Shown here one piece after another: positions 21,980 to 31,502 of a DNA stretch of 64,000 bases. How positions within the stretch are numbered: position 1 is the stretch's first letter; each line of letters opens with the position of its first letter. The notes under the pieces were generated by a model that saw nothing but the letters and a program-made list of their open reading frames with translations, did not search any database and was not told where the DNA came from. The stretch is from Chromatiales bacterium. Its GTDB lineage: Bacteria > Pseudomonadota > Gammaproteobacteria > SZUA-140. The position numbers and the translations under genes are program-made. The stretch covers positions 23,886-87,885 of the forward strand of contig JBJHCZ010000003.1 in NCBI GenBank assembly GCA_050486285.1, written 5' to 3'.

Positions 21980-22966
21980 TCACGGCCCCCCGGGCGGCAC
22001 CGGCACCCAGGAAGCGAGCGACAGGACCTGTATCCGCCGGTTCAGGCTGTCCGCCACATACAGATTCCCTTCATCGATCCACAGACTGGTGATCCTGCTG
22101 AAGCGACCCGGCGCCGCGCCGTGGCCGCCGATCACGCCGACCAGTCGGTCACCGTCGAAGACCTTGATATCGTCGGCCATATAGTCGGCGACGAAGGCGA
22201 GGCCGTCGTTCGCGACCGCGATCGCAATCGGGAAGGTCACGGTATCGCGCTGGTAGGACTCGATCCAGTCGCCCTCGAAGCCCATGACCTGGACGCGATG
22301 CTCGCCGAAGCGGGTACCGATGTAATACCCCTTCGGCCCCTGCGCCAGCGCGGTGATGCTGGTGAACTTGCCCGGCCCGCGCCCGCGGCCGCCGAACGCG
22401 CCGACCGGCAGGCCCTCCGGGTTATACACCAGTACACCGTCGTTGTTGCCGTCGGCGATGAAGATATAGCCGGTGGTGTCGTTGACCCGCACCGACACCG
22501 GCCGGGTGATGTTGAGACGGTCCTCGATGACGCGCAGCTTGCGGCCGTTGCGATCGAAATGCAGGACACGGGCGCCGTCGGTATCGGCGATCCACACCGA
22601 CAGGTCGCGCGCGAGATAGAGGTCGGCGTCGTTGCCGCTGACCACGCCGCGCAGGTCGAGCGCGCGTTCGATACGGTCGAAGCGGGCGTCATAGCGGAAC
22701 AACTGGCGGTGGCCGACGTCGAGGATATAGACGACATGTCCGCGCGCGGCGACCGCGACCGGCTGCAGGAAGCGGACTTCGGGCGGGCCGGTGACGATGT
22801 TACCGGCGGAGGTCAGCCCGCCGTCGATGGTCTGCCACAACGCGCCGCGCGCCTCGAGCGCGGCGGCGCGCGTGCCGCTGTCGATGCTCGCGCAGGCCTG
22901 CAACAGCAGGACCGCGCAGGCAAGGCTCAGCGCAGCAAGGTGACTTCTGGAGAGACGGAGTGGCAT
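21980..22966 (-). CDS. NHL-repeat lipoprotein (paralog)
   Basis: Start MPLRLSRSHLAALSLACAVLLLQAC (lipobox). NHL-like blades (GRGPGKFTSITAL, GAAPGRFSRITSL). Overlaps the upstream triheme gene by ~40 nt. Confidence 0.75.
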   Translation of the reverse strand: MPLRLSRSHLAALSLACAVLLLQACASIDSGTRAAALEARGALWQTIDGGLTSAGNIVTGPPEVRFLQPVAVAARGHVVYILDVGHRQLFRYDARFDRIERALDLRGVVSGNDADLYLARDLSVWIADTDGARVLHFDRNGRKLRVIEDRLNITRPVSVRVNDTTGYIFIADGNNDGVLVYNPEGLPVGAFGGRGRGPGKFTSITALAQGPKGYYIGTRFGEHRVQVMGFEGDWIESYQRDTVTFPIAIAVANDGLAFVADYMADDIKVFDGDRLVGVIGGHGAAPGRFSRITSLWIDEGNLYVADSLNRRIQVLSLASWVPVPPGGP

Positions 22967-23508
22967 CTGCCGCAGTTCATCGTGGGTGCGAAGGCGACGC
23001 GACCATGGCAGAGCCCGCAATACTCGCCCTGGATGATCGCCGACATGTTGACCGGATTCGCGCCCCGCTTCGGAATGAAAGGTACCGGATGGCAGTTCGC
23101 GCAGGTCAGCCACTCGGTATGCTGGAGATGCGGGAACCTGACATTGGGCATCGATTGCGTATTCGTGAAGATGATGTCGAAATCGACAGTGAACATCTGC
23201 CGCGAGCCGTCGAGACTCTGGCGGGGATCGATCAGCCCGCGGTTCAGCGTCCTGACCCAGTCGATCAGCCCGCCGGCGTCGCGCGGGAACCGGGCCATTG
23301 CGTCATATGGATCCTGGAACACCGCGGCGGCCTCGCCGCTCGGGTCGCGGATGCCGTCATTCGCGGTCGGTACCCGCTCGCCGGAGGAAAACTGGAAATG
23401 GCCGACGTTGCGCTCCCAGGAAGGCGCCTGCTGCGCATGGGCCAGCCCGAGTCCCGACAGCAGGCATGCGAGCAGCGTGATGCCCAGGAATCGCAGCGAT
23501 ACACGCAT
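22927..23508 (-). CDS. Triheme c-type cytochrome (c7-like core with N-terminal extension)
   Basis: Signal peptide MRVSLRFLGITLLACLLSGLGLAHA. Motifs CANCH, CGLCH, CGRCH with FPHLQHTEW preceding the first heme site. Paralog of 25130-25807. Confidence 0.8.
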   Translation of the reverse strand: MRVSLRFLGITLLACLLSGLGLAHAQQAPSWERNVGHFQFSSGERVPTANDGIRDPSGEAAAVFQDPYDAMARFPRDAGGLIDWVRTLNRGLIDPRQSLDGSRQMFTVDFDIIFTNTQSMPNVRFPHLQHTEWLTCANCHPVPFIPKRGANPVNMSAIIQGEYCGLCHGRVAFAPTMNCGRCHSVSPEVTLLR

Positions 23509-23534
23509 CGGATATGTCGCGACACTCATCTCTC

Positions 23535-25076
23535 TCACCTCACGCCGACGACCTGCAGGGCCCGCTGGATGTGGCTGGTCGCGCCCTGCAGCATCAGGAT
23601 CGCCTCCGGGTAGTTCCCGCGCGCGACCTCGGCATCGACCAGGCCCCGGATCTCCTGCGCACGATCGACCGAACGCATCATCAGCGCGCGCGCCTGTTCC
23701 GTCGGCTGTCTCTGTTCGATCGCGATCGGGATCAGGCGTTCAAAACTTTCGTAGCGCGCCAGCTCGTATTCATATTCATCGCGTGGGGTCTTGAAGTCGA
23801 GTTCATACGAGATCGACTCGTCGGCAAGCATCTCGGTCAGGGCGCGGGTCAGCGTATTCTGCGTCTCGGTCAGCAGCGCGATCGCGTCGGCGAACTGGCC
23901 GCGGTCGGCAAGCCCGCGGGCGCGCGCCATCGACTGGTCGATGCGTCCGAGGTCGACCTGACGGATCCGGCTGCGATCGCGCGCGCGCATGCGCTCGACG
24001 TTGCGCGTGTAGGAGTCGCGGAAGGTGCGCGCACCTTCGTAGAACATCTCGAACTGGGCGCGCTGGGCCTCGCCCTCGATGTCGCGCGGGACATGCCGCG
24101 AGGCCTCGCTCATGATGCGCATCGATTCGTCGACGAGCAGCAGCGCGATATCGAGGTCGCCGCGACCGACGGCATCGCGGGCGTCGAGATAGTTCTGGCG
24201 CGCGGCGCGCTGCAGATCGAGGGCAGCCTGTATGCCGCTTTCGCGGATGCGGTCGGCGGCGGCGGAATTATTGATGAACATCGACGCGAATTCGATCTTC
24301 TGCAACACCTCGGTCTCGGAGATCGCGGCTGCGGGGGGTTCCGCCTCGACCACAGCGGCCGGCGTCGCCTTGGCGCGGCGCGCTGTGATCTCTGCGCGCA
24401 CCCGCGCCTCGTCGGCGGCATCGACGACGTGGATCGCGGCCCCCATGTTGCGGTGATTGCGGCACTGGTAATACAGCAGGTCCGGCGTGTCGGCGTCCGG
24501 CGTGAAGGTGACCCGCCCCTGGTAGATGAACTGGCCGCTGACGCCGGCGGTCCATGCCGCCGCGCCCCAGCCGGTCTCGTCCCTCGACAGGTAGAAGTCG
24601 TGCTGGACGCCGGTGTCGACGTTGAAGGTGTAGGTCTTGCCGCGGACGACGACCAGTTCCAGGCCCTGCTCGCCGTTGACGACGAAGCCGCGACCGTGAC
24701 CGACGCCGAAAAACGGATGGGTCGCGTCCTTCTCCGCTTCGCCGACATTGAATTCGAACGGCGAGGCGGGCGGTGGCGACGGCCGGGCCGGGCGCGGGGC
24801 GGCCGCGGGAGGCACGGACGCTGTCGGCGCTGCGGCGCCGTCGGTCGCTTCCGGCTCGGGCGAGGCCTGCTGCAGCGGGATCACCTCGACGACGCTGGCG
24901 CGCGCGGCCGGACCCTCGTCATGGTCATGCCCGTCATCCGGGCCGGCCTCGACGCTGTCCTCGACATCAACGACGCGAGCGGTCTGTGTCACATCCTCTC
25001 CCACGGTTGCGCAGGCCGACAGCAACACCGCCAGACCCGCCAACAACAGCCAGGCGCCGAAACTCCGATATGGCAT
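23535..25076 (-). CDS. Lipoprotein with a cupredoxin-like (type-1 copper) domain fused to a long alpha-helical C-terminal domain
   Basis: Lipobox LLSACA. Candidate T1Cu ligands are His in GVQHDFY, then YYQCRNHRNMG (C-x2-H-x2-M), ~46 residues apart as in plastocyanin and azurin. The C-terminal ~280 aa are charged and helical with no match I recognise. Confidence 0.6.
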   Translation of the reverse strand: MPYRSFGAWLLLAGLAVLLSACATVGEDVTQTARVVDVEDSVEAGPDDGHDHDEGPAARASVVEVIPLQQASPEPEATDGAAAPTASVPPAAAPRPARPSPPPASPFEFNVGEAEKDATHPFFGVGHGRGFVVNGEQGLELVVVRGKTYTFNVDTGVQHDFYLSRDETGWGAAAWTAGVSGQFIYQGRVTFTPDADTPDLLYYQCRNHRNMGAAIHVVDAADEARVRAEITARRAKATPAAVVEAEPPAAAISETEVLQKIEFASMFINNSAAADRIRESGIQAALDLQRAARQNYLDARDAVGRGDLDIALLLVDESMRIMSEASRHVPRDIEGEAQRAQFEMFYEGARTFRDSYTRNVERMRARDRSRIRQVDLGRIDQSMARARGLADRGQFADAIALLTETQNTLTRALTEMLADESISYELDFKTPRDEYEYELARYESFERLIPIAIEQRQPTEQARALMMRSVDRAQEIRGLVDAEVARGNYPEAILMLQGATSHIQRALQVVGVR

Positions 25077-25129
25077 GCTTTCCTCGTACTGCTACCCGCG
25101 GCCGGGGGCGCCGGCCGCGGGGCGCCGCA

Positions 25130-25807
25130 CTATCTCCATGGATTGTTCAGCGTCGCCTCGCTCAGGGGCGGTGACCAATTGGCCGGCTTCGGCTTCGAGT
25201 GACATTTCGTGCAGGTCTGCATGTTGACCGGGAAGGCCACCTTGCCATGGCAGACGCCGCACTTCTCGCCGAGCAGGATCGCGGACATGCTGATCTGGTT
25301 CGCGCCCTGCTGCGGCACGAAGATGCGCGGATGGCAGTTCGAGCAGAACAGCCATTCGGTATGCTGGCGATGCGGGAACACGACATCGGGCACCGACGCG
25401 CGCACCGGGCGAATGATGTCGAGGTCCATCACGAACGGCTCCTCGGCCGAATTGACGCGATCCCAGCGCGGGCGCAGCAACTGATTGTCGATCGCCTTGA
25501 CCCAGTCGACGCGATTGCCGAAGTTGGTCGTCGGCAGCCCCTGGAAGGCCTGCGCCGGCGGCTGCAGGCGATGGGTCGCCTCGTTGTCCGGGTCGTTGAT
25601 GCCGGACTCCGGCGGCGGCAGGTGAGGCGTCTCGCGACGGAGATTGCGGTTGAAGGTGTTGACGTCGCCGGCTTGCGCCAGCATCAGCGGCGCGCCCCGA
25701 TCCATGACGGAATCGGCGACGGCGGCCGAGCCCTGCCAGGCGAATGCGAGCAACAGCGCTGCGGCCGACAGACCGGCGGCAATCCCGTAGTTCCTGAATA
25801 TTTTCAT
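25130..25807 (-). CDS. Triheme c-type cytochrome (paralog of 22927-23508)
   Basis: Signal peptide. Motifs CSNCH, CGVCH, CTKCH with FPHRQHTEWLFCSNCHP. The C-terminal ~90 aa are conserved with the paralog. Confidence 0.8.
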   Translation of the reverse strand: MKIFRNYGIAAGLSAAALLLAFAWQGSAAVADSVMDRGAPLMLAQAGDVNTFNRNLRRETPHLPPPESGINDPDNEATHRLQPPAQAFQGLPTTNFGNRVDWVKAIDNQLLRPRWDRVNSAEEPFVMDLDIIRPVRASVPDVVFPHRQHTEWLFCSNCHPRIFVPQQGANQISMSAILLGEKCGVCHGKVAFPVNMQTCTKCHSKPKPANWSPPLSEATLNNPWR

Positions 25808-25829
25808 GATGGGCTCCCCCTTCCTTCAA

Positions 25830-26288
25830 TCATTGCCGGGGTGGCTGGCCGGCGGTCGCGCCGGGGTCCAGCGGACGGTGCGCGGGCGCGACGAGGCGCT
25901 GCACGGTGCTGCCGTGGATTTGGGTCGGCGTGCCCGGGAGACCGGAATGGCACATCGCGCAGTTCTCGACCGACCAGGCGATCTCGCCGTTGTGGCAGGC
26001 GCCGCAGAACTGCCCGTCGATGATCTTCGCCATCGTGATCTTGTTGCCGCCGGCCTTGAACTCGAAGCCGAGGTCGGCGTGGCAGACCTTGCAGCGGAAG
26101 CGGATGCGGTGGAACCAGTGCGAGAACACGACCGGGCGCATTTCGGCGGCGTCGGAAAAGTTGTTGATGACGACATCGCCGTATTCCGCGTGCGCGGTGT
26201 TCGGCGCCGCGGCCCACATCCAAAGGCCGACGAGAAGCCCCGCGATCAGCGAGAAGCGGACAGGATTCCGCGCGATAATTGGTGACAT
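25830..26288 (-). CDS. Cytochrome c7-type triheme periplasmic cytochrome (PpcA-like)
   Basis: Signal peptide. VVFSHWFHRIRFRCKVCH, FCGACHNG and ENCAMCHSG match the c7 layout. GGAGAGG Shine-Dalgarno upstream. Confidence 0.85.
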   Translation of the reverse strand: MSPIIARNPVRFSLIAGLLVGLWMWAAAPNTAHAEYGDVVINNFSDAAEMRPVVFSHWFHRIRFRCKVCHADLGFEFKAGGNKITMAKIIDGQFCGACHNGEIAWSVENCAMCHSGLPGTPTQIHGSTVQRLVAPAHRPLDPGATAGQPPRQ

Positions 26289-26353
26289 GACTAACCTCTC
26301 CTCAATGGATATACAGATAATTATTTTTGTCTCGGGCGGTCGCCGGCGGGCAG

Positions 26354-28067
26354 TCAGAAACGCCGGTTTACCTGGAAATACACAAGGCTGTATTTTTCTT
26401 CGTTATCGAGGTTGATGTAACGCCAGCTCGCGCTGGTGTCCAGCAACCCGATCGCGTATGTCAGCCTGTTTTCCCACTCGGCGCGGTCGATGCCCTCATC
26501 GAGCGCCGCGTGCCAGATACGCAGATCCGAGTGGAATCGCAACTGGGCGATATTGAACAGGTCCATATGCTGGAAATTGACCTGTCCGCTAGCCGCTACT
26601 GTATCATCATCGCGGATGCCAATGAAGTCCCGGCGCATGTACTGGACGGTCAGATTGCCGGAAAGCGTGCTGCGCAGGCTCAGATTCTGGGTCCGCAGGA
26701 GCTGGACGTTCGCGAACTGCTGCTCGTCCTCCTGGTCCCCGAAACCGCGGGAGTCCGACAGCGTGACCTGGAACATCGTCGTCGACCCCTCGCTGTACAG
26801 ATCCCACGAGAAGCTGCCGGAGTGGTCGAGGCGCTGGGTGCCGAGATCGGCGTCCCCGGATTGCTGGATGCCGCTGACGGACTGGCTCAGGCTGAGCCGG
26901 AAGGTCCCCCGCCCCTGGGTCAGCCACAGGCGCTGGGCGTCGTGGCCGACGCGCAGCGTCGAGGTGAAGATGCTCTCCTCATTGAAGTCCTGGTGCTGGA
27001 CCGAACCCTGGGTGTACCAGTTCCAGGTCATTTTCGAGAAGATCTCGCGCAGGTCGGACTGATACAGCGCCCCGACCCGCTGCCGCGACGACTGCGTGCG
27101 TTCATCGTTGTCGATGACCGTGCCCTCGACATTGGCGTCGAGGCGCAGGTTCTTGGTCAGCTGGTAGAACAGGCCGCTCATCGCGCTGACGCTGGTCTGT
27201 TCGATCTGGTTACCGGCGTTCTCGGCATTGAGGCCGAATACGCGCACGCCGGCGCTGACCGACAGCGGCTGGTTCAGCGGGCGGTAGAACAGGAAGCTCG
27301 AGGCCTGGGTCAGGTCCATCAGGCTGTCGCCGAGGTTGGTGCCCCCGAGCGGCTGGGTCTGCCGCGTTTCCGAGTCGTAGTGGCTCATCATCGTGTCGAC
27401 GCGGAAGGCCCGACTGGGGTGGTAGTAGTGATCGACGTTGACGACGACGATGTCGGTCCGCAGGTCCTGGACGTTGCGCTCGATCTCCTGGTAGCTGGTC
27501 TTGCCGATCAGCGTATGGCGCGGGCGGCGGATGTTCATCTCGGCGCCGACCAGCTGGTCGAGGTAGTCCTCGCCGCCGCGCGACTCCCACTCGTTGCGGT
27601 CGTAGCGGGCCTGGAAGCGGTCGCCCTTGTCGTTGAAATAGGACTGGCGCAGCGCGAGCCGGCGGGTCGTGAACTCGCGGCCGCCGAGCGTCGTCACGGT
27701 GTTCGGCAGCGATACCGTGTCGACGCGGCTGTCGCTGGTGCGGTAGGACAGCGAAAACGGGGTCTTGCTCTGGGACAGCACGTTCAGATCGAGATCGCCG
27801 GTCAGCACCGTGGTCTCGGTCGACGTGTTCGCGCCCTTGTAGTCGGTGCTGTCCTGGGTCAGGCGCACGCCGGCGGTCAGGGTCGCGAACCAGGGCTGCC
27901 AGATGTAGCTCTGGGCATTGATCGCCGCGCGCAGCTGGTTGCTGCTGGCATCGCTGTTGGAACTGCCGGTGATCGCGCGGTAGGTATAGCCGACGCTGCC
28001 CGAAACGTCGACGAGTTCCATCGCGGCCGGCTGGGCGACCCACAGGGCTGCGAACAGCCCCGGCATC
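26354..28067 (-). CDS. Large outer-membrane beta-barrel protein (putative porin of a porin-cytochrome complex)
   Basis: Start MPGLFAALWVAQPAAMELV (signal peptide). 570 aa of alternating amphipathic beta-strand pattern, C-terminal ...VYFQVNRRF. No heme motifs. Confidence 0.65.
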
Positions 28068-28203
28068 AGGCGCCTGAGATCAGGTTTCCCCACCAGCATG
28101 AACGCACTTCCCCCGCATCATCAGCCGAGCGCCTGTCGTTGTTATAGCTGGCGAATGCCGAAACCGCGCCGGCCGGCCGCGCCCCGCAAGCAGGGGACAC
28201 GGG

Positions 28204-29175
28204 TCAGCCGTCGGTCGCCAGCACCGCCTGGTTTATTTCTATTGTCGTCTTTGCGCGCAAGTCATCGAGCAGGCGTTCCCGCGCCTGCTCCTGCAACTCG
28301 CGCGCCAGGAGGCCGCGCGCCCGCTCGGCCACCTGCTCGAAATCGTTCAGCTTCGGCGCCACCCTTTCCTCGAGGCGGAACACCGCGAAGCCCTGCAACA
28401 ACTGCACCGGCCCGGACACCTCTCCCGCCGCCAGTTCATCGACGACGTCTTGCGCCTCAGGCGCCAGCATCCCCCGGTGCAGATAGCCGAGGTCGCCGCC
28501 TTCCTCCGCGGAACCGTCAGCGGAATGCAGCCGCGCGAGCGCGGCGAAGTCATCGCCGTCGCGGATGCGCGCGATGATGCGCACGGCCTCGTCGTGGGCC
28601 GCCTGCCAGGCCTCTCCTCCTGACCAGGGCTCGACCTTCAGCAGGATCAGCGACACCCGCAGCCGTTCCGGCGTCGTGAACTTGTCCGGGTTTTCCCGGT
28701 ACCAGGCCCTGAGCTGTTCCTCGCTGATTCCGGGGATCGCCTCGACCTGCGCTTTCAGCTGCATGATGACGCTGTCGCCGAGCAGTTGCTCGCGCACGAT
28801 CGCCCGCGCCTGCCCCGGATTCGCGCTCCCGGCAATACGCCCCGCCCAGGCCTGAAGCTCGCCGTCGACCCAGTCCATATCAGGCTCGAGTCCGCGGCGC
28901 TCTCCTTCCTGGAGCAGCAGGATTCGGTCGATGATCTCGTCGGCGACCTCGCGACGGAAGGCCGCGAGCTGTTCCTTCGGAACGCTGCCGTGATAGAAGC
29001 GCTGGCGCACGCCGGCGTGAAAATTCGCCTCGAACTCTTCCACCGGCACGGCAACGCCGCCGACCGTCGCGAAGATCCGCGCGCCGTTGTGCTCCGCGCC
29101 GCCGCGCGACTCCCCGGCCGCCGCCACCGCGAGGCAGACCATCAGCAACACTGTCGTGGTCAGAAAAATCCGCAT
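28204..29175 (-). CDS. Parvulin-type peptidyl-prolyl cis-trans isomerase (SurA/PpiD-like periplasmic chaperone)
   Basis: Signal anchor MRIFLTTTVLLMVCLAVAAAG. PpiC domain FAALARLHSADGSAEEGGDLGYLHRGMLAPE. Confidence 0.8.
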   Translation of the reverse strand: MRIFLTTTVLLMVCLAVAAAGESRGGAEHNGARIFATVGGVAVPVEEFEANFHAGVRQRFYHGSVPKEQLAAFRREVADEIIDRILLLQEGERRGLEPDMDWVDGELQAWAGRIAGSANPGQARAIVREQLLGDSVIMQLKAQVEAIPGISEEQLRAWYRENPDKFTTPERLRVSLILLKVEPWSGGEAWQAAHDEAVRIIARIRDGDDFAALARLHSADGSAEEGGDLGYLHRGMLAPEAQDVVDELAAGEVSGPVQLLQGFAVFRLEERVAPKLNDFEQVAERARGLLARELQEQARERLLDDLRAKTTIEINQAVLATDG

Positions 29176-29260
29176 CTGATCGATCCAAATCTGGCCACGA
29201 GACCGGATGCCCACGCCGTCCCGAAGTTCGCGTCCCTTACCCCTGTGTCCTGCGTCCTGC

Positions 29261-30100
29261 TTATTTATTGTGACACGTCAGACAGACCGCGCTGCCGGCC
29301 GGATCGATCCGCAGGAACAACGGATTCTGGTCCACATGGGGATCGTGACAGGAAGCGCACTCGACATAGGGTTGCGGCTCGCCGACGAAGACCCCGCGGG
29401 TCGCGGTCCGTGTGTACAGCTTCATGTCGGTGCGCTCGAAATCGGAAGTCCCGCCTTCGGTGTTGGTGTTGACCCACCAGATCCGGCTCGCGCCGACGAT
29501 CTTGCTCTCGGCCTGGTTGAAGTCCGGATCGCGGCCGGGGCCGAACGGGTTCGACAGCGCATAGCCGCCGCCGGCGTACTGCACGCCGATCGGGTGATCG
29601 TCGGTGAGGTCGGTGCCGAGATTGGTAATGACATTCGGCGGGCCGAGGCGGCCGCCCACGGTCGCGGCCTGGCCGCTCCAGACGCCGGTGCGGAAGGCCC
29701 AGTTCTCGGCGCCGGAGCCCGGCTCGTTGATCAGCGCGTCCATCGCCTGGGTACCGTCGTGGCAGGACAGGCAGGCCAGCGAGACCGAGCCGATCGGCTC
29801 GATCTCGGCATCGAGCGTCGTCGAGCCGAGTTGGTCGTAGGTGGTATAGGCGGCGCCCGGGGTCAGGTTGCGGTTCCACAGCGGGACCGCGGCGGTCGCG
29901 TCGGCGCCGTGCGGGGTATGGCAGAAGACGCAGATCTCCGAGGTGCCGCTGAAGTTGCTCGCGGCGTTGACGCCGGTGCTGCCGAGGTTGTGCTTGGTGT
30001 TGAAGATGCCGGCCGACGCGGCGGACGCGGCCAGCAGCAGCACGAACGCGACGGCAATCAGCGCCCGGTAGTGCGTGAAGGTGCGGTGATCCCCTCGCAT
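29261..30100 (-). CDS. Tetraheme c-type cytochrome, paired-CXXCH family
   Basis: Signal peptide. GIFNTKHNLGS...EICVFCHTPHGA, CLSCHDG, CASCHDPH, CLTCHNK. Paralog of the N-terminal module of the 909-aa cytochrome. Confidence 0.85.
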   Translation of the reverse strand: MRGDHRTFTHYRALIAVAFVLLLAASAASAGIFNTKHNLGSTGVNAASNFSGTSEICVFCHTPHGADATAAVPLWNRNLTPGAAYTTYDQLGSTTLDAEIEPIGSVSLACLSCHDGTQAMDALINEPGSGAENWAFRTGVWSGQAATVGGRLGPPNVITNLGTDLTDDHPIGVQYAGGGYALSNPFGPGRDPDFNQAESKIVGASRIWWVNTNTEGGTSDFERTDMKLYTRTATRGVFVGEPQPYVECASCHDPHVDQNPLFLRIDPAGSAVCLTCHNK

Positions 30101-30245
30101 CGTTGTACCTGGACCTCCCCCTCTGGCCGGATCACCGGCTGATCACCAATGCCGTGATTGTGTTGCGACTTTAGCACAATGGACCGGACATTTCGACAAG
30201 CCGGGACGTCTGTCGCGCCCCTTGGATCACCCTGCCCGGCGCGCT

Positions 30246-31358
30246 TCAGAGCCCGATATCGAAGCGGTGGATCACACCGGCCGACAGCGTGGTGACGTTG
30301 CGGCCGGCCTCCGAGGCCGGGATCGCACCGTTGTCGCGGTCACCGGGCGCGGCGCGGACGATATCGTCATGATACGGCTGCAACCCGTAGCCGGCGTTGT
30401 CGTCATTGATGATCCCGGCCGCGAGCAGGTAGAGCCCGGTCCGCGGCGACACCGCGTACGAGAAGCCCGCCGCGACGAGGTGCGCGCCGCTGTCGGGGAC
30501 ATCGTTGCGGTCGTCGAGCATCGCATAGGCCAGTTTCCATGTGAAATTGCCGGCGACATGGGAGAAGTTCAGGTACAGCGCCTCGCGACGCTGTTCGCGG
30601 CCGGCGGTGAATACCCCGTTGCTGGCCTCCTCCCAGGCCGCGGCGACCTTCGTCCCCTGGCCGAAGTCCCAGCCGAGCGCGAACTTGCGGGCCTTCGCGT
30701 CGGACTGCGTCGGGGTGTCGGTGCGACCGAGATTCTCGTAGGCGAAGCCGGCATACAACTGGCCGTGCTCGAAACGCAGCGATGCGCTGTAACCGGAGAG
30801 ATCGGCGTCGTCATCGGCCATCGGCAGGTTGTCGTTGTCCTGGTTCGCGATATAGCCGAGATCGAAGCGCACGCGCTTGATGTCCGGCGTCGCGTAATGA
30901 ATGATGTTGCGCGCGCGGCGGTGGAATACCGGGTCGCCGTCGATCGAGCCGAGCGCGGCGCTGGCATCGGCGCGGGTCTCGTGGAAGATGTCGAGGCGGT
31001 CGGTCATCGCGCGGTACGGGGTCACATGCCGGCCCGCGAGCAGCGTGCCGAGCCGGCTCTCGAGCGCGACATAGCTGTCGCGGCCCTCGCCCCAGCCGCC
31101 GTCGTCGAGATCGACGGTGGTCTCGAACTGCCAGCGGATCGCGAGCCGGTCGCTGACCGCCTCGCGCCCGCGCAGGCCGATGTGCGAGTGATTGCTGGTG
31201 ATCGACAGCGCGGTCTTCTTGTTGGCCGGAACGGGGTCGCGGTTATCGACGACGTCGAGCGACAGGTGGGCGGCGCCGTACAGGTCCATCGCGGCGAACG
31301 CCGGCGCCGCCGGCAACAGGGCCGCGAGCGCGGCGACAAACAGGGGATTACGCATCAA
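30246..31358 (-). CDS. Gram-negative general porin (Porin_4-like)
   Basis: Signal peptide MMRNPLFVAALAALLPAAPAFA, DLYGAAHLSL near the mature N-terminus, beta-barrel periodicity. Confidence 0.7.
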   Translation of the reverse strand: MMRNPLFVAALAALLPAAPAFAAMDLYGAAHLSLDVVDNRDPVPANKKTALSITSNHSHIGLRGREAVSDRLAIRWQFETTVDLDDGGWGEGRDSYVALESRLGTLLAGRHVTPYRAMTDRLDIFHETRADASAALGSIDGDPVFHRRARNIIHYATPDIKRVRFDLGYIANQDNDNLPMADDDADLSGYSASLRFEHGQLYAGFAYENLGRTDTPTQSDAKARKFALGWDFGQGTKVAAAWEEASNGVFTAGREQRREALYLNFSHVAGNFTWKLAYAMLDDRNDVPDSGAHLVAAGFSYAVSPRTGLYLLAAGIINDDNAGYGLQPYHDDIVRAAPGDRDNGAIPASEAGRNVTTLSAGVIHRFDIGL

Positions 31359-31442
31359 CTACAGTACTCCATGACGGGAGGATTGCGGAATATCCGGGAA
31401 AGGTACCCGATACCGGGGACCGGAGACAAGCCGGAGGGGCGG

Positions 31443-31475
31443 AAAAAGAAAGCCGGGCGCGGGGCCCGGCTTTCA
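31443..31475 (-). terminator. Rho-independent terminator downstream of the 31503-32531 OMP gene
   Basis: Minus strand reads AGCCGGGCCCCGCGCCCGGCT followed by TTCTTTTTCC. Lies 28 nt after the stop. Confidence 0.55.
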
Positions 31476-31502
31476 GTACTGCGGACGACTACCCGAGTCA
31501 GC

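Noticed and set aside
26289-26353. Internal promoter in the AT-rich c7 / beta-barrel intercistronic gap
   Set aside because: An AT-rich patch (TGTATATCC) exists but the -35 match is poor and the spacing ambiguous. More likely it is just the RBS region of the c7 gene inside the operon.
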